Of a stretch of 32,959 bases of DNA, positions 1 through 11,819 are shown in pieces (within the stretch, counting starts at the first letter, position 1; each line of letters opens with the position of its first letter). The stretch is taken from NCBI RefSeq assembly GCF_001194135.2, contig NC_068982.1, positions 67,752,922 to 67,785,880 of the forward strand, written 5' to 3'. Made by a program: the position numbers and the translations under genes. The stretch is from Octopus bimaculoides (Eukaryota). The notes under the pieces are model-generated. The model was not told the DNA's origin and ran no database searches. It saw only the letters and a program-made list of their open reading frames with translations.

Positions 1-176
1 ATAAACAAATCTCAGGGTCAAACACTGTCTGTAGCTGGTCTTCTCTTGGAAGAGCCCTGCTTCTCACATGGACAACTGTATGTTGGCTGCTCAAGAGTGG
101 GCAGCAAAAAAAAAACCTATTTGTATATGCTCCACAAGGGAAAACAAGGAACATTGTTTACAACGAGGTGTTATAA
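1..176 (+). mobile_element. Helitron Rep/Hel protein, C-terminal Pif1-like helicase remnant (frameshifted)
   Basis: Manual translation: INKSQGQTLSVAGLLLEEPCFSHGQLYVGCSRVGSKK, then a frameshift in the A-run, then NLFVYAPQGKTRNIVYNEVL-stop. This matches the Helitron helicase motifs (TINKSQGQT...CFSHGQLYVAxSRV). Confidence 0.93.
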
Positions 177-295
177 TCACAACAGCAAGAAAGTATGTAC
201 ATGATCACCTTCTTTTACGAAACTTCATTGACTTTCATATATTTATATTGATATACATATATATACGTGTGTTTGGGTGCGTGTGTGTATATACA

Positions 296-386
296 TCTCT
301 ATATATAAAGATGATGCGTAGTCTAGACGGCGTTTTTAGATTTCATTATTCTCTTTAACCCGGGCAACGCCGGGTATTTCTGCTAG
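296..386 (+). mobile_element. Helitron 3' terminus, possibly a 91-bp mini-Helitron
   Basis: GC-rich hairpin ACCCGG-GCAACG-CCGGGT (358-375) followed by ATTTCTG-CTAG (383-386) then T. A TC-TCTATATATAAA start at 296 is preceded by A, giving the canonical A^T target. Confidence 0.8.
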
Positions 387-397
387 TTATATATAAA

Positions 398-864
398 ATA
401 TGATTGACATGCGAGTTATGCAACATTGATAAACATAAAATAAACTAGACAAATCTGCTGAATTTTTAACAAGATCTCAACTAATAAAATGACACCTTTG
501 TTGCAAAACTTAACTCTCATTTTTACTGCGATTGTGGATTAGTTTTTCACTAAATTACTATCTAATTATGAGCGTCAGCCTTTATGGTCAACATTTGTAA
601 GAAGAGCATTCAATTAAGAAAATGTTGAAAACATGTATTACCTTTGGAGCTTGTTATATAATTATAGCATTAACCCACGTTATTTCTATCACTGCAAACG
701 CGACAAAAATAGATTTCGAACATCCATGTAAATTATGTATCCTTGACATCTTCACTGCTCATAGCAAAAAATAAATAAATAAATGTTGAGAAAAACGAAT
801 AAAATAAAATAAAATAAATGAGAAAAAGATATTTTTCTTCAAGAGGATTATTTTGAAACGGTGT
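398..864. repeat. Unclassified interspersed repeat; 398-520 duplicated at 1630-1752
   Basis: The ~123-bp block ATATGATTGACA...GTTGCAAAACTT.ACTCTCAT aligns by eye with 1630-1752. The right boundary is tentative (TTATTTTGAAACGGTGTA could be a TA-flanked TIR). Confidence 0.5.
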
Positions 865-984
865 ATGAATGTGTCTAAATGTAGCAACCTATGTGGAAAT
901 AGAAACAAATGCGGTGAAGGTGGACAAGACGGACACAAAATATGAAGGTCAGAAACTTGAATATGAAAAATAATGCTTTGATTT

Positions 985-987
<3 letters not shown>

Positions 988-1041
<54 letters not shown>
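988..1041 (+). repeat. (AAT)n microsatellite, ~18 units
   Basis: Direct reading. Confidence 0.99.
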
Positions 1042-3190
1042 TGCATACGGTAAATAAAAGGCTAAACCAAAGTAAAATCTCTACACAGCTACCTAAACCA
1101 GAAATAAATGGAACAGCACAGCAAGTCACCAACACACATAGACAAGCACATACTGAAACAAAACAACAAGAAGGAAAATAACACACACCATGACAGACCA
1201 ACTATAATCGATGATGGAGACGAACTGATTGAAGAAATAACAGAAATAGAAGAAAACATCATAAAGTCGATAAATATGAGTCAGCGTAAACGTCTCCTTA
1301 GACGACAACAAATAAACAGTTCTGTGCAAGGATAAATAGATACACCAGAACCCTACAAAAAAATAATGACCACATCAAAAGATAACCCAGATATCAACAA
1401 ACTATACAATCTGATCTACTCTGCAGCTGTAGCGATATTCAAAGAAAGCGGACTTCACCTCCACGAAAAAAAAAAAATAAAGAACAGCCAAATCTGAAAC
1501 CATGAAATGGAAACAGTATAAGAAATAATCTTAAAAAAAGAAAAGAAAGACTTATTCCTACTCTATGAATTAGAGACAGAGGTATCAAGCATGAAAAATA
1601 AAATGTCATATATAACAAAATAATACAACATATGATTGACAGGTGCGATATACAACATTGATAAACATTAAACAAACTAGACAAATCCGGTGAATTTTTA
1701 AGAAGGTCTCAACCAATAAAATGGCACCTTTGTTGCAAAACTTTACTCTCATGAGTATGGAGCAGGGAGGTAGAGGAAAAAATTAAACAGGGCATAACAG
1801 CAAAAACCTGACGCATACAGCGTTATGAAAAACACGAGCGCTTCTTTCAAGAACATAGAGAATTTAAGATAAACACGAAAAGATTCCACAGAAAGTTAAA
1901 CAAAAAAACCATAATGACATGCCTACAAAATCAGAGATTCATTCGCACTGGAAATAAATATGGAACAAACAAGAACAACGCAACGCAAATGCTCAATGCC
2001 TAAATAGGGAGAAGGAAAAGAAGAGCAAAATAGCACCAAAGGTATGGCCCGCCATCACAAGCCAAGAGATTACCGACACTCTGAGGACAACCAGTAACTG
2101 GAAAACTTCATGGATAGACAAGGTTCTCAACTTCTGACTGAAACACCTCACCAGTACCCATGCTTACACAGCGGCAGCATTTGATTTAATAAGAAGCAAG
2201 CCAGAATCAACACCAAACTGGATACTGGAAGGACAAACTGCTCTAATTCCCGAAAACAAAGACACCATATATCCACAAAATTATAGGCCAATAACATGCC
2301 TTTCAACAATCTACAAAACCTTCACATTCGTCATCTGTAACCGGCTTGTAATATAAAAATGTTTTTCCAGAACAAAAGGGATGTTTGGCTGTAAATAGCA
2401 GCTTCTGGTAAATCGAGCCATTATAGAGGACTGTAAGAAGAGATAGGCAGACCTAAACTTGATTTGGACTGATTACCAGAAAGTATTCGACAGTGTTCTA
2501 CACTAATGGATACTGGAATCACTCCACACAAATAAAGTAACTCCAACACTACTAAAATATATCAACTATGCAATGGCAAACTAGAAAGTCAGTATGACAC
2601 TGAAAAATGAATCACAAGTCATTAAAACCTGCCATATACCCATAAGAAAGTAGGGGTTCCAAGGAAACTCGCTGTCACTCCCGTTTTTCTGTCTTGCTTT
2701 GATCCCACTAACAAACTTGTTAAATGAAACGACCATAGATTACAGGTGTTATGGACAAACGATTGACCATCTCCTATACATGGATGACTTTAAAAATTTC
2801 ACCAATAATACTACGGAACAGGAAAACCTAAAAGTTGCCCATAGTTTCAGCAAGGACATCGGCAGTATAGAGCTGGAAAAAAATGATCAAAGTGACATTG
2901 AGAAGAAGTAAATTAATCAGCACTGAAAACACTGCAGTCGACATAAAAGAAAATGGCGGAGATCAGTGCAGACTGACTATGAGTGTTGTATATATCACCC
3001 AAACAGCATCAGCCAAGTAAAGACAGCAAATATAAATATATCAAGCAAGTGTCCAAACTATGAAGAAAACGATATTCTACGTGTCGGTAGTGAACATCTC
3101 AAGAACTACTCACTTCCTTAAACCCCAGAATTGCTGAACTAACACGCCTCAACAAAGTCCTGCAAGTGGAACACCCTACATACTACATAA
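1042..3190 (+). mobile_element. R4/Dong-clade non-LTR retrotransposon remnant (N-terminal region plus RT; 5'-truncated, decayed)
   Basis: Translated motifs with stops/indels: EKIKQGITAK-RIQRYE...FKINTKRFHRKL; SNWK; NWILEGQTALIPE...PQNYRPITCLSTIYKTFT; PEQKGC; WTDYQKVFDSV; GFQGNSLS..FCLALIPLTNLLN; HLLYMDDFK (YMDD at 2777-2788); FSKDIG. Ends are approximate. Confidence 0.88.
1630..1752. repeat. Non-LINE insert inside the R4/Dong remnant, copy of 398-520
   Basis: High visual identity to 398-520. LINE-like translation resumes after it (VEEKIKQGITAK). Confidence 0.75.
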
Positions 3191-3691
3191 AAAACAAGTA
3201 AATAAATTTATATATATATATATNNNNNNNNNNNNNNNNNNNNNNNNNNNNNNNNNNNNNNNNNNNNNNNNNNNNNNNNNNNNNNNNNNNNNNNNNNNNN
3301 NNNNNNNNNNNNNNNNNNNNNNNNNNNNNNNNNNNNNNNNNNNNNNNNNNNNNNNNNNNNNNNNNNNNNNNNNNNNNNNNNNNNNNNNNNNNNNNNNNNN
3401 NNNNNNNNNNNNNNNNNNNNNNNNNNNNNNNNNNNNNNNNNNNNNNNNNNNNNNNNNNNNNNNNNNNNNNNNNNNNNNNNNNNNNNNNNNNNNNNNNNNN
3501 NNNNNNNNNNNNNNNNNNNNNNNNNNNNNNNNNNNNNNNNNNNNNNNNNNNNNNNNNNNNNNNNNNNNNNNNNNNNNNNNNNNNNNNNNNCGATTCTTGA
3601 AGAGTCTGCATATCTTCACTGTCGTTTTTTTCTGCTATTTAGGTGATGATTTTTTAAGTTAGCTTACCAATTATTTTTGTTGGTAGTTAAT

Positions 3692-3735
<44 letters not shown>

Positions 3736-6130
3736 CGTATATTTCTTTTTTCCATTAGCAGTGAAGGTGTCATGTTTCAAAAGTTGAAATATCTAATGAG
3801 CAAAAGAGACAATGAAACTTTTAAATTCCTAAGACGTAACCAAGAACGTTGATTGTGTCATATTTCTGTAGATGTTACTTATGCGATTCCAGGTACCTAA
3901 AATGACAAGACACGACCTTCCATTATGACACAATTCTGCAGTGCCATTCATTTAAAAGACTGCCCTGCAATAAGTATAGACACTGGTCCTGATATTTAGC
4001 ACATAGGTGATGGCTGAAACTCTATTCGAGCAATGCTATCGCTTGTATTGTTCTGTTAAAATATTGGCATCACAGATGTGGTTATCCAGTAACGCTAGGA
4101 ACTACATTTTTTTTCCCAGGCGTAGCAACGATGGGCGCCTCTAGCAGCAAATATTAAGAGAGCCCACCACCAACACTTACACATACCTTCAGCCCTTCAT
4201 GGAACTTTTCATCGAGTGTTTTTCCTTTCTCGGCTACAGTCAGCCATAACATGCAACATATAATAGAGATGTTAAAAATTAAGCGATATCTGTGCCTGAA
4301 ACTTTAAAAGTAAAGGTAAACTTTGCAAAAGACTAATCCTACTCTCTAAACAACGAATGCATTTGTCGGAAAAGGATAATTAGACGACATTATTGGATGC
4401 AAAAGAAGCCGTATGTGTTATATCAAAGTTTTCCTTCAAGAGAAATTTATGGGCGAGGAGGAGTAAAATTGATGACTGGGGCAAAATGAGTAACTTTTGA
4501 TTTCTTGTTATCTTCTCTTTACCTGTTGGAAATCATTGCATTGCAAATATTGCACCTTCATTTTGTACTGTTGCATTATCTGTGAGAGTGGGAATTGGTC
4601 AGCAGAGTTGTTGAAGTTGAGACAGTTTGAAACAGTCAGGGAACAGGTCCTTTTTTCAAGAAATGTTTCCTCAAATGTGATCCGATTGTAATTCAGGTTG
4701 CTAACAAAATATCTGGATAATTGCTGGTGTCTAACAATCAATATTCTTTACTTTGTTGGATTCCAAGTCAATTTTCTCCGCTCTGATGTCTAATTTGATC
4801 ATTTTCAAGTTACAAAAAAAAAAAAAACTGTCTATACTGGAGCAAAATGAATAATGACTAATTTCAATAATTTCTTCTTTTTAACTGAATGGTGCTTAAA
4901 TATATCATGAAGAGAGACATCCCAGCAGATCATGAAGAAGCTCTAGAGGATATTTTATGTTGAGTTTTTACATTTAGTTGAGATTCGTTAATTTCATACT
5001 ATGTGCCATTTTCCCACGATCCTCTATCAATTTGTCCCAGATATTTTAAATTTGTGTTGCCTTTCTGATCTTTCTGATGTCTAAGGATGGATATCGATGT
5101 GTATGTGTCTTTTCTCAAATGTAATTCTGGAGAACTGAAGAGGCAAAGTTATCTTGTCTTGTCTTACTCATTCTGCCCTGGCAAAATTTTTCTTTTACAT
5201 GCTCGAAGAGAGCGGAGAAAGAGTTCAGATTATACTGTGTAAAAAATTTTTTCTCTTTGGTCAGTCAGTGTTATTTCCTATTTGCTTCTATCTAGAAATC
5301 ATGAGAAATGACTACTATTCCCTTCAAACTTTGCTTTCGTCACCTGCACATGAATGTTTTGAAACTCATTTTCCATTACATTTCAGACAGATTCAGCGCT
5401 GAGTTGCTGAAGCAAAAGTATTGTTATAGCAAATATTCTGCTCAGTACCACAGAATTGCTTGTCATTTGTTTGACCTTAACCACTTGAGCATGTCCCTTG
5501 GTGGCTGACAATATGTGCATCTCTGATCATGAGCAGGAGTAGTTGGGGAGCACCATAGCCTGTGTTCAGGGGGAATCTGAGGGGCTTAAATAAATATAAC
5601 AAAAGCAAAGTTTGAAGGAAATATTAACCATTTTTCATACTTTCTGGAGGTAAGCAACTAGGAAATAACAGTTACTACCCAAGGACAAAAGTTGTGTTAC
5701 ACAGTGTTATGTTACAGCATTTTTACACAGTATATCACAGTGTTACATTTTTAATGCATTCAGAGCAAGTCCTTTGCTTAGCTAGTATAGTTTCTTGTAA
5801 GGTAGTGAACATTTGAAAAAAAAAATTCGCAGAGTCAAAAATGCAGTAAATCTTACTCATTGTACACCGCTGATATCTCCCCCCACTCACCCACAGACTA
5901 AGCAAAGACGAGGGATTTCTCACTCCCAGTTGTTAGATGGCTACTGACTCTACTGAGTTCATCCGTCCTTTGACGTATTTTAATTTTTCACTTTGCAGGG
6001 TGTCCGATGAAAAGCACCTTCCATTACCAATCAGGCTTGGTAGGGTTGCCGGTTTAGTCGCCCACAGGTAGACCAAACAACAGCTTGTACTGGTTTACAT
6101 GTCACCAGTAGCACAAACAGTGATCTGACA

Positions 6131-6133
<3 letters not shown>

Positions 6134-6187
<54 letters not shown>
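6134..6187 (+). repeat. (CA)n microsatellite running into gap
   Basis: Direct reading. Confidence 0.99.
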
Positions 6188-6940
6188 NNNNNNNNNNNNN
6201 NNNNNNNNNNNNNNNNNNNNNNNNNNNNNNNNNNNNNNNNNNNNNNNNNNNNNNNNNNNNNNNNNNNNNNNNNNNNNNNNNNNNNNNNNNNNNNNNNNNN
6301 NNNNNNNNNNNNNNNNNNNNNNNNNNNNNNNNNNNNNNNNNNNNNNNNNNNNNNNNNNNNNNNNNNNNNNNNNNNNNNNNNNNNNNNNNNNNNNNNNNNN
6401 NNNNNNNNNNNNNNNNNNNNNNNNNNNNNNNNNNNNNNNNNNNNNNNNNNNNNNNNNNNNNNNNNNNNNNNNNNNNNNNNNNNNNNNNNNNNNNNNNNNN
6501 NNNNNNNNNNNNNNNNNNNNNNNNNNNNNNNNNNNNNNNNNNNNNNNNNNNNNNNNNNNNNNNNNNNNNNNNNNNNNNNNNNNNNNNNNNNNNNNNNNNN
6601 NNNNNNNNNNNNNNNNNNNNNNNNNNNNNNNNNNNNNNNNNNNNNNNNNNNNNNNNNNNNNNNNNNNNNNNNNNNNNNNNNNNNNNNNNNNNNNNNNNNN
6701 NNNNNNNNNNNNNNNNNNNNNNNNNNNNNNNNNNNNNNNNNNNNNNNNNNNCTAATGTGTTTTTGCTTTTTGTAACATTTACAACATTTTCTGTGATACA
6801 CGATCCCTTTCGATCGGCGCTTTTTTTTTCACGATCCCTATTGATCGAAATTTTATTTTTCTCCTTTTTCAAAAGTAAAGCTCTACGTTGTATTTTGTCC
6901 CCTCTGTGTTCGGCCCTTTGTGGCTAATAAAGAAACATTA

Positions 6941-6956
6941 TCTATCTATCTATCTG

Positions 6957-7017
<61 letters not shown>
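6941..7017 (+). repeat. (TCTA)n microsatellite
   Basis: Direct reading. It is preceded by an AATAAA signal (GGCTAATAAAG). Confidence 0.98.
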
Positions 7018-7018
<1 letters not shown>

Positions 7019-7244
7019 CCTTTTCGTCTAGTCTTTGATACTGTACGCTTGTATCGCAGTCTTACATATTTCAAAATTTTACTGAATATTTGTGTTTGTT
7101 AAACAATTGTGGAAAAATACCTAGCTAAGGCAAATTATAACGTGTCCGGTTGTGGAAACCCTATTACCAAATATGCATATACAGATACATACCTACCTAC
7201 ATACATAATACACACACACACACACAATATACATATAAATATAC

Positions 7245-7276
<32 letters not shown>

Positions 7277-8967
7277 ATGTATGCATATGTATATTTGTAG
7301 ATATACATACACACACATATATGTATACGTATATAAAATTAATATGCATATGTGTGAAGTTTTGCTTAGATGTATGCGTGTGTGTATTTATGCGTGCATG
7401 TATGTTTGTGCACAGATGTGCAACCACTTAATCAACAATGATCTTACTGAAAATATTGCTTTCCTTTAGCTTTGCATAAATATTGATTTTCTTTTGATTC
7501 TTTCAGCAAATATTGGAATAAAAATTCATGAAATCATATAAAAAGTGAAGTTCAGTTCATGAACATAGCAATATACGTACGAAAATACATTTTACAATTC
7601 AGCGTCCGCCAAGCTAACAACTTCGAAGCAAGTAAAAAGAAAAAAGAAAAAAAAAACTTAAATAAATGCCCATAAGACAGTAATCATTGAGAATAAAAGT
7701 ACAAAAGAAAATTATTATTACTATTCGTAACAATAGAAGTATAAACCAGCAGCCACATCAGTTATAACAAACCTAGTGACAGCAGCAAACACTGCGAAAA
7801 GTTAACCATCGTGAAAACAATACTTGGTTTCAGGAACGAATCAATAAGCTATTATGTACAAACATTATTATCAAGGAATAAGAAACTATAACAAAAATAC
7901 TAAAACTCTAATATTTTATGTTGTATCAAGTCATAACCGATATATTTCTTGCTTCGAAACTAGTTTTCTATATTTATTTGTTCTTTTACATTGTTTGTCT
8001 TGACTTTTCACCCTCTTCTCACCCTCTTCACACTCAGCACACATAAATTACACGGATTCATAAAAGAAAATCTGGACTACTGTACAATGGCAAACATCTT
8101 CACGCTTTCAAGCAAAAATGAATTTTGCAGCTAACCGACGATAGAAATATTAATGATAAAAGAAATGAAAAGGATAAAATGAATTCGTATAGACCCGTGA
8201 AGCTATTGTGGGATCTCTTTCCTTCACCCTTGCTCACTTCTCTCAATGATTTTTTCTTCTTCCTCTTTTACTGAGTTAAGGAACGTGATCAGAAGCTATC
8301 AGGTTCCATGAATTAATTTTCGTTTAAGATAATTATTTCTGTTTATGTCATAACTGATATGATGGGGGACATTAATGTCTGTTTATGAGTAGAAGCATTG
8401 TTGCCCTTTCACACGACGGCAGTACTCTTTGAAGATTTGAAGGTTTTTTTGTGAGGCTGAAAAAATGATTTGAAAACATTAAAAGTTATTTATTTGTTAT
8501 AATTTCCTTGGTGATTTTATTGTTACAATTGACTCTGTAGTTAGTTTTGCGACGATATCGGCTTTTCTCGCCACAATAGAACTGAAGGTGGTGACGTTAT
8601 TGGAACGAAGAGTGATGTGTTTTTGATGATAATTTTGTTCTTTTAAAAAAACTATCAGTGCTATCAATGGTATTAATAGTTTTGATGGCAGCATGGGCAT
8701 GTAATAAACATTAATTCAGCTCTTTAATAGTTATTATTTTATTACAATAAACTTCGGCATTTATGTTCCATATCGTATTTCCATAGCAGTTTTATAATAT
8801 GTTTATTTGATTGACAAAACGTTAATGTCGCATTTTCATAAATACCCTGAAGGCGCCCATGTCACGAATAATAATTTAGTGATTACTACACTTCAGACAG
8901 CTTTAATGATGTTATATGGTGTGAAAGTACTTCTATTCTGAAACATTTGTACTTGAATTAAACATGA

Positions 8968-9100
8968 GCGAAGTAGCAGAGTCGTTACGGCGTTGGAAAG
9001 ACAGCTTCTTTTTAAATATATATTATTCATTTCGGTTCTGAGTTCAAATCTCTTGAAGTTAACTTTTCTGTGCTCCCTCAAGGTCAATAAACAAAGTACA
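8968..9100 (+). mobile_element. Degenerate tRNA-derived SINE (family A)
   Basis: GCAGAGTCGTTA...GTTCTGAGTTCAAAT...AGGTCAATAAA..AGTAC resembles the better-preserved copy at 19689-19909. Confidence 0.6.
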
Positions 9101-9424
9101 AACCCTTTTATATGCTACCACCAGAAGTACAGAAAGAAGTGACGGGTCTTGTATCATCACCCTTAAGACCCACCAAACCTTCTCACTTCTCCCAATTTTG
9201 TCATCTCTTTATCCAGCTCTCTAAGCCCCACACTAGCAATATAATCTCCCTGAAATTACCGTCTTGTTCATCTTTACCTTGTAGTTACTTTTAGTTGTGT
9301 AAAAACAAAATCTACCGTACCAGTAGCACTGGTCTCAGAAGTTTTGCAAATGCCACGGTGATAACTCCGTCTTCCAGACCAAACCGTTAAAACCATATAT
9401 TAAATCAATCTTGGATTATACTAG

Positions 9425-10531
9425 GGATCTTTTCTCTTTGAACGGCACATCGAGAAATTAATTTTTTGTAACTAAACACTTTCAAACTTCGGACACTGGC
9501 AGAATGTGTTATATAAAACATCTTTTACTCTTAATGCTGTTGAGAAGAGTTTATATTTTCAAAGTTATTTCGTGTTAAAGTTGTCGTATTTCGGTAATTT
9601 CAACCAATCAATGACGTGTATTCAGCTGAATAAAATTACTGCCGTTGTTTGTCAACAACAACTGTCGACGTTGTATATTTCGTTTGTCACTGTTATTTAT
9701 GACATCGTTCGTGCGCTTGTACTGGTTTTAGCTTTAGGGTTTTAGAGTTAGGGTTAGGGTTAGGGTTAGGGTTTTAGGGTCAGGGTTAGGGTTTTAGGGT
9801 TAGGGATAGGGTTTTAGAGTTAGGGTTAGGGTTAGGGCTTTAGGGTTAGGTTGGGGTTAGGGTTAGGGTTTTAAAGTTAGGGTTAGATTTAGGGTTTTAG
9901 GCTTAGGGTTTTAGGATTAGGATGAGGGTTTTAGAGTTAGGGTTAGGGTTTTAGGGTTAGGGTTTTAGGGTTAGGGTTTAGGGTTAGGGTTTGGGGTTTT
10001 AGGGTTAGGGTTAAGGTTTTAGGGTTACGGTTAGGGTTGGGATTTTAGGGTTAGAGTTACGAAAAAATGTGAAAAAATGAAGAAATTGAAGAGGGAGGGG
10101 CAAAAATGTCTTTCCGAAAATAGTAGCTGAAAAACAGGAAGAAAAAAAAACTAAAAGCAGTAGAAATGCGCGAACGATTGTAGTGGTGCCATGAAGTAAA
10201 CATGCTCCACATACACTCGTTTATTCATACAAACGTAACTCAAATGAAATATGTCATAAATAGCAGTGACAAACGAAATATACACCGCTGGAAGTTGTTG
10301 TTGTCAAACAACAGCAGTAATTTTATTCAGCTGAATACACGTCATTGATTGGTTGAAATTACCGAAATACGACAACTTTAACACGAAATAGCTTTGAAAA
10401 TACAAACTTTTCTCAACAGCACTAAGAGTAAAAGATGTTTTATTTGATACATTCTACCAGTGTCCAAAGTCTGAAAGTGTTTAGTTACAAAAAATTAATT
10501 TCTTGATGTGCCGTTCAAAGGGAAAAGATCC
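9425..10531. mobile_element. Non-autonomous TIR/foldback DNA transposon (Merlin-like) enclosing a telomeric repeat array
   Basis: Termini GGATCTTTTC...GAAAAGATCC. Perfect 8-bp TSD TATACTAG at 9417-9424 and 10532-10539. The TIRs 9425-9705 and 10251-10531 (281 bp each) are reverse complements with scattered mismatches. GG termini plus 8-bp TSD plus long TIRs fit the Merlin superfamily; that assignment is inference. Confidence 0.9.
9733..10060 (+). repeat. Interstitial telomeric array (TTAGGG)n with TTTTAGGG and point variants
   Basis: Direct reading; lies inside the TIR element. Confidence 0.97.
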
Positions 10532-10689
10532 TATACTAGCTCTCCCCGTGCTCCCAATTTCTCCATGACATATTCAATAAACTTTTAAGAACAAAGAAAG
10601 AAAAACCCAAAAGCACTATACATATATAACATATGCATGATCCATCTCTACACAACAATGCAAACAACTAAATGTGAAAGAGCCCTTGG

Positions 10690-11127
10690 ATTTGTGAAGA
10701 CAGAATTGGTTGCTGAAGATATTTCATTACTGAAAGCCCCTGTCACTGCTTGATAGTCTAGCTATCTCAAGAACCTGAGTTGGGATTCACACTACTGAGT
10801 TGTTCCGACGAACAGTGACTGTTGTGCTCTGAAGGAAACCGTCTTGCCTGAGCCGCCGTAATTACTATCAGAATGTACAACCGTAGAAATTGGAACGAAA
10901 TTTGGTGAGAAGAAAATGTATCCAGACTGTAATACTGTACTCCATACGATTAATCATTGTTTACTGGAGTGTGCAGTATAGAATTCAGCTAGGTAAAAAC
11001 ATAGTGTCACTGGAAGAACAGATTTGAGGGAGGCGCATTGTCATTCAGACGACTACTTATTTAACAATAGGTTTGCTTAATCAGAATCGACTTGGGGTTA
11101 CACAAAAACAGCAACAACAACAATAAG
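10690..11127 (+). mobile_element. 3' end of an I/Jockey-group LINE ORF2 (CCHC knuckle) with a short CAA tail
   Basis: Translation from 10919: (C/Y)PDCNTVLHTINHCLLECAV-stop-NSAR, matching the CxxC...TxxHxLxxC motif. Followed by CAGCAACAACAACAATAA. Boundaries are approximate. Confidence 0.55.
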
Positions 11128-11363
11128 CATAAGCTAGTAGGTTGTGCAGAGGATGGACTACGAAATAACCTCACGGCAACATTGCACCTCTTACATCTTA
11201 CCAATGTTTATTGGAGTCTGCAGTATGGCCCTCACCAAGGTGGACGCATAGTATAACTGGAACAATGAATCCATTGGTCACGTCTAGTCGTAAATAGGAG
11301 GAAGTACAACCCGTTCCTATAAACAACAAGAATTGTTTTAGCATCTCTTTCCTTCTATAGTAA

Positions 11364-11705
11364 GAGCGTGGAGACTAGTGGTTAGGGTGTTTGGCTCATG
11401 ATCATAACGTTGTAGGTTCAATTTTTGGCTGAACGATACGTTGAGTCCATGAACAAGTACTTCATTTCACGTTACTCCAGTCTACACATCCGTAATGTGT
11501 ACCAACCGGGTCCTGGTACAATCGCCCCTTCTTCCAGTTGTCACATCGTCTATTTCTCTGGGTTATAGTTGAGAGGGCTAAGAGGATGTCTTATGTCTGT
11601 TCGCAAACACAAACACCAAAGCAATTTACGAAACATGGTGTATGACCAAGCCATTCTAACTTACGAGTGACGGATGGTTGTAGTGTACTGTACTTTACTT
11701 TATAT
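11364..11705 (+). mobile_element. tRNA-derived SINE (family C, CORE/V-domain-like)
   Basis: Decayed A-box (CTAGTGGTTAG) and B-box (GGTTCAATT), then GTCCATGAACAAGTACTT resembling the TCCTTGAGCAAGACACTT conserved SINE core. The 3' extent is approximate. Confidence 0.6.
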
Positions 11706-11819
11706 CGGAATACGTTACTAAACATCTAGTTATGTTCAACAATGACATTGTGACTCATATGAAATAGTTACAAACGAAACATTCAGTAGATACGGAACAG
11801 CGGATATATGAATACAAAC

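Noticed and set aside
3760-4260. Possible pogo/Tigger-type transposase remnant on the minus strand (LLDNH)
   Set aside because: Only one short motif; I could not find the flanking DDE motifs in register.
4480-6133. Possible decayed LINE (TLQET endonuclease-like word near 5790; 5860-6133 and 5430-5600 look like common octopus repeats)
   Set aside because: Rests on a five-residue match and recollection only; no RT motifs recovered by hand. Needs RepeatMasker.
6752-6935. 3' end of an L1/Tx1-like LINE (duplicated CACGATCCCT..GATCG motif, AATAAA, then TCTA repeat)
   Set aside because: No coding evidence because the upstream part is in a gap; AATAAA alone is uninformative in AT-rich DNA.
9733-10060. 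TTAGGG array as a true chromosome end or fusion scar
   Set aside because: It is internal, degenerate, single-orientation and enclosed by TIRs with a TSD.
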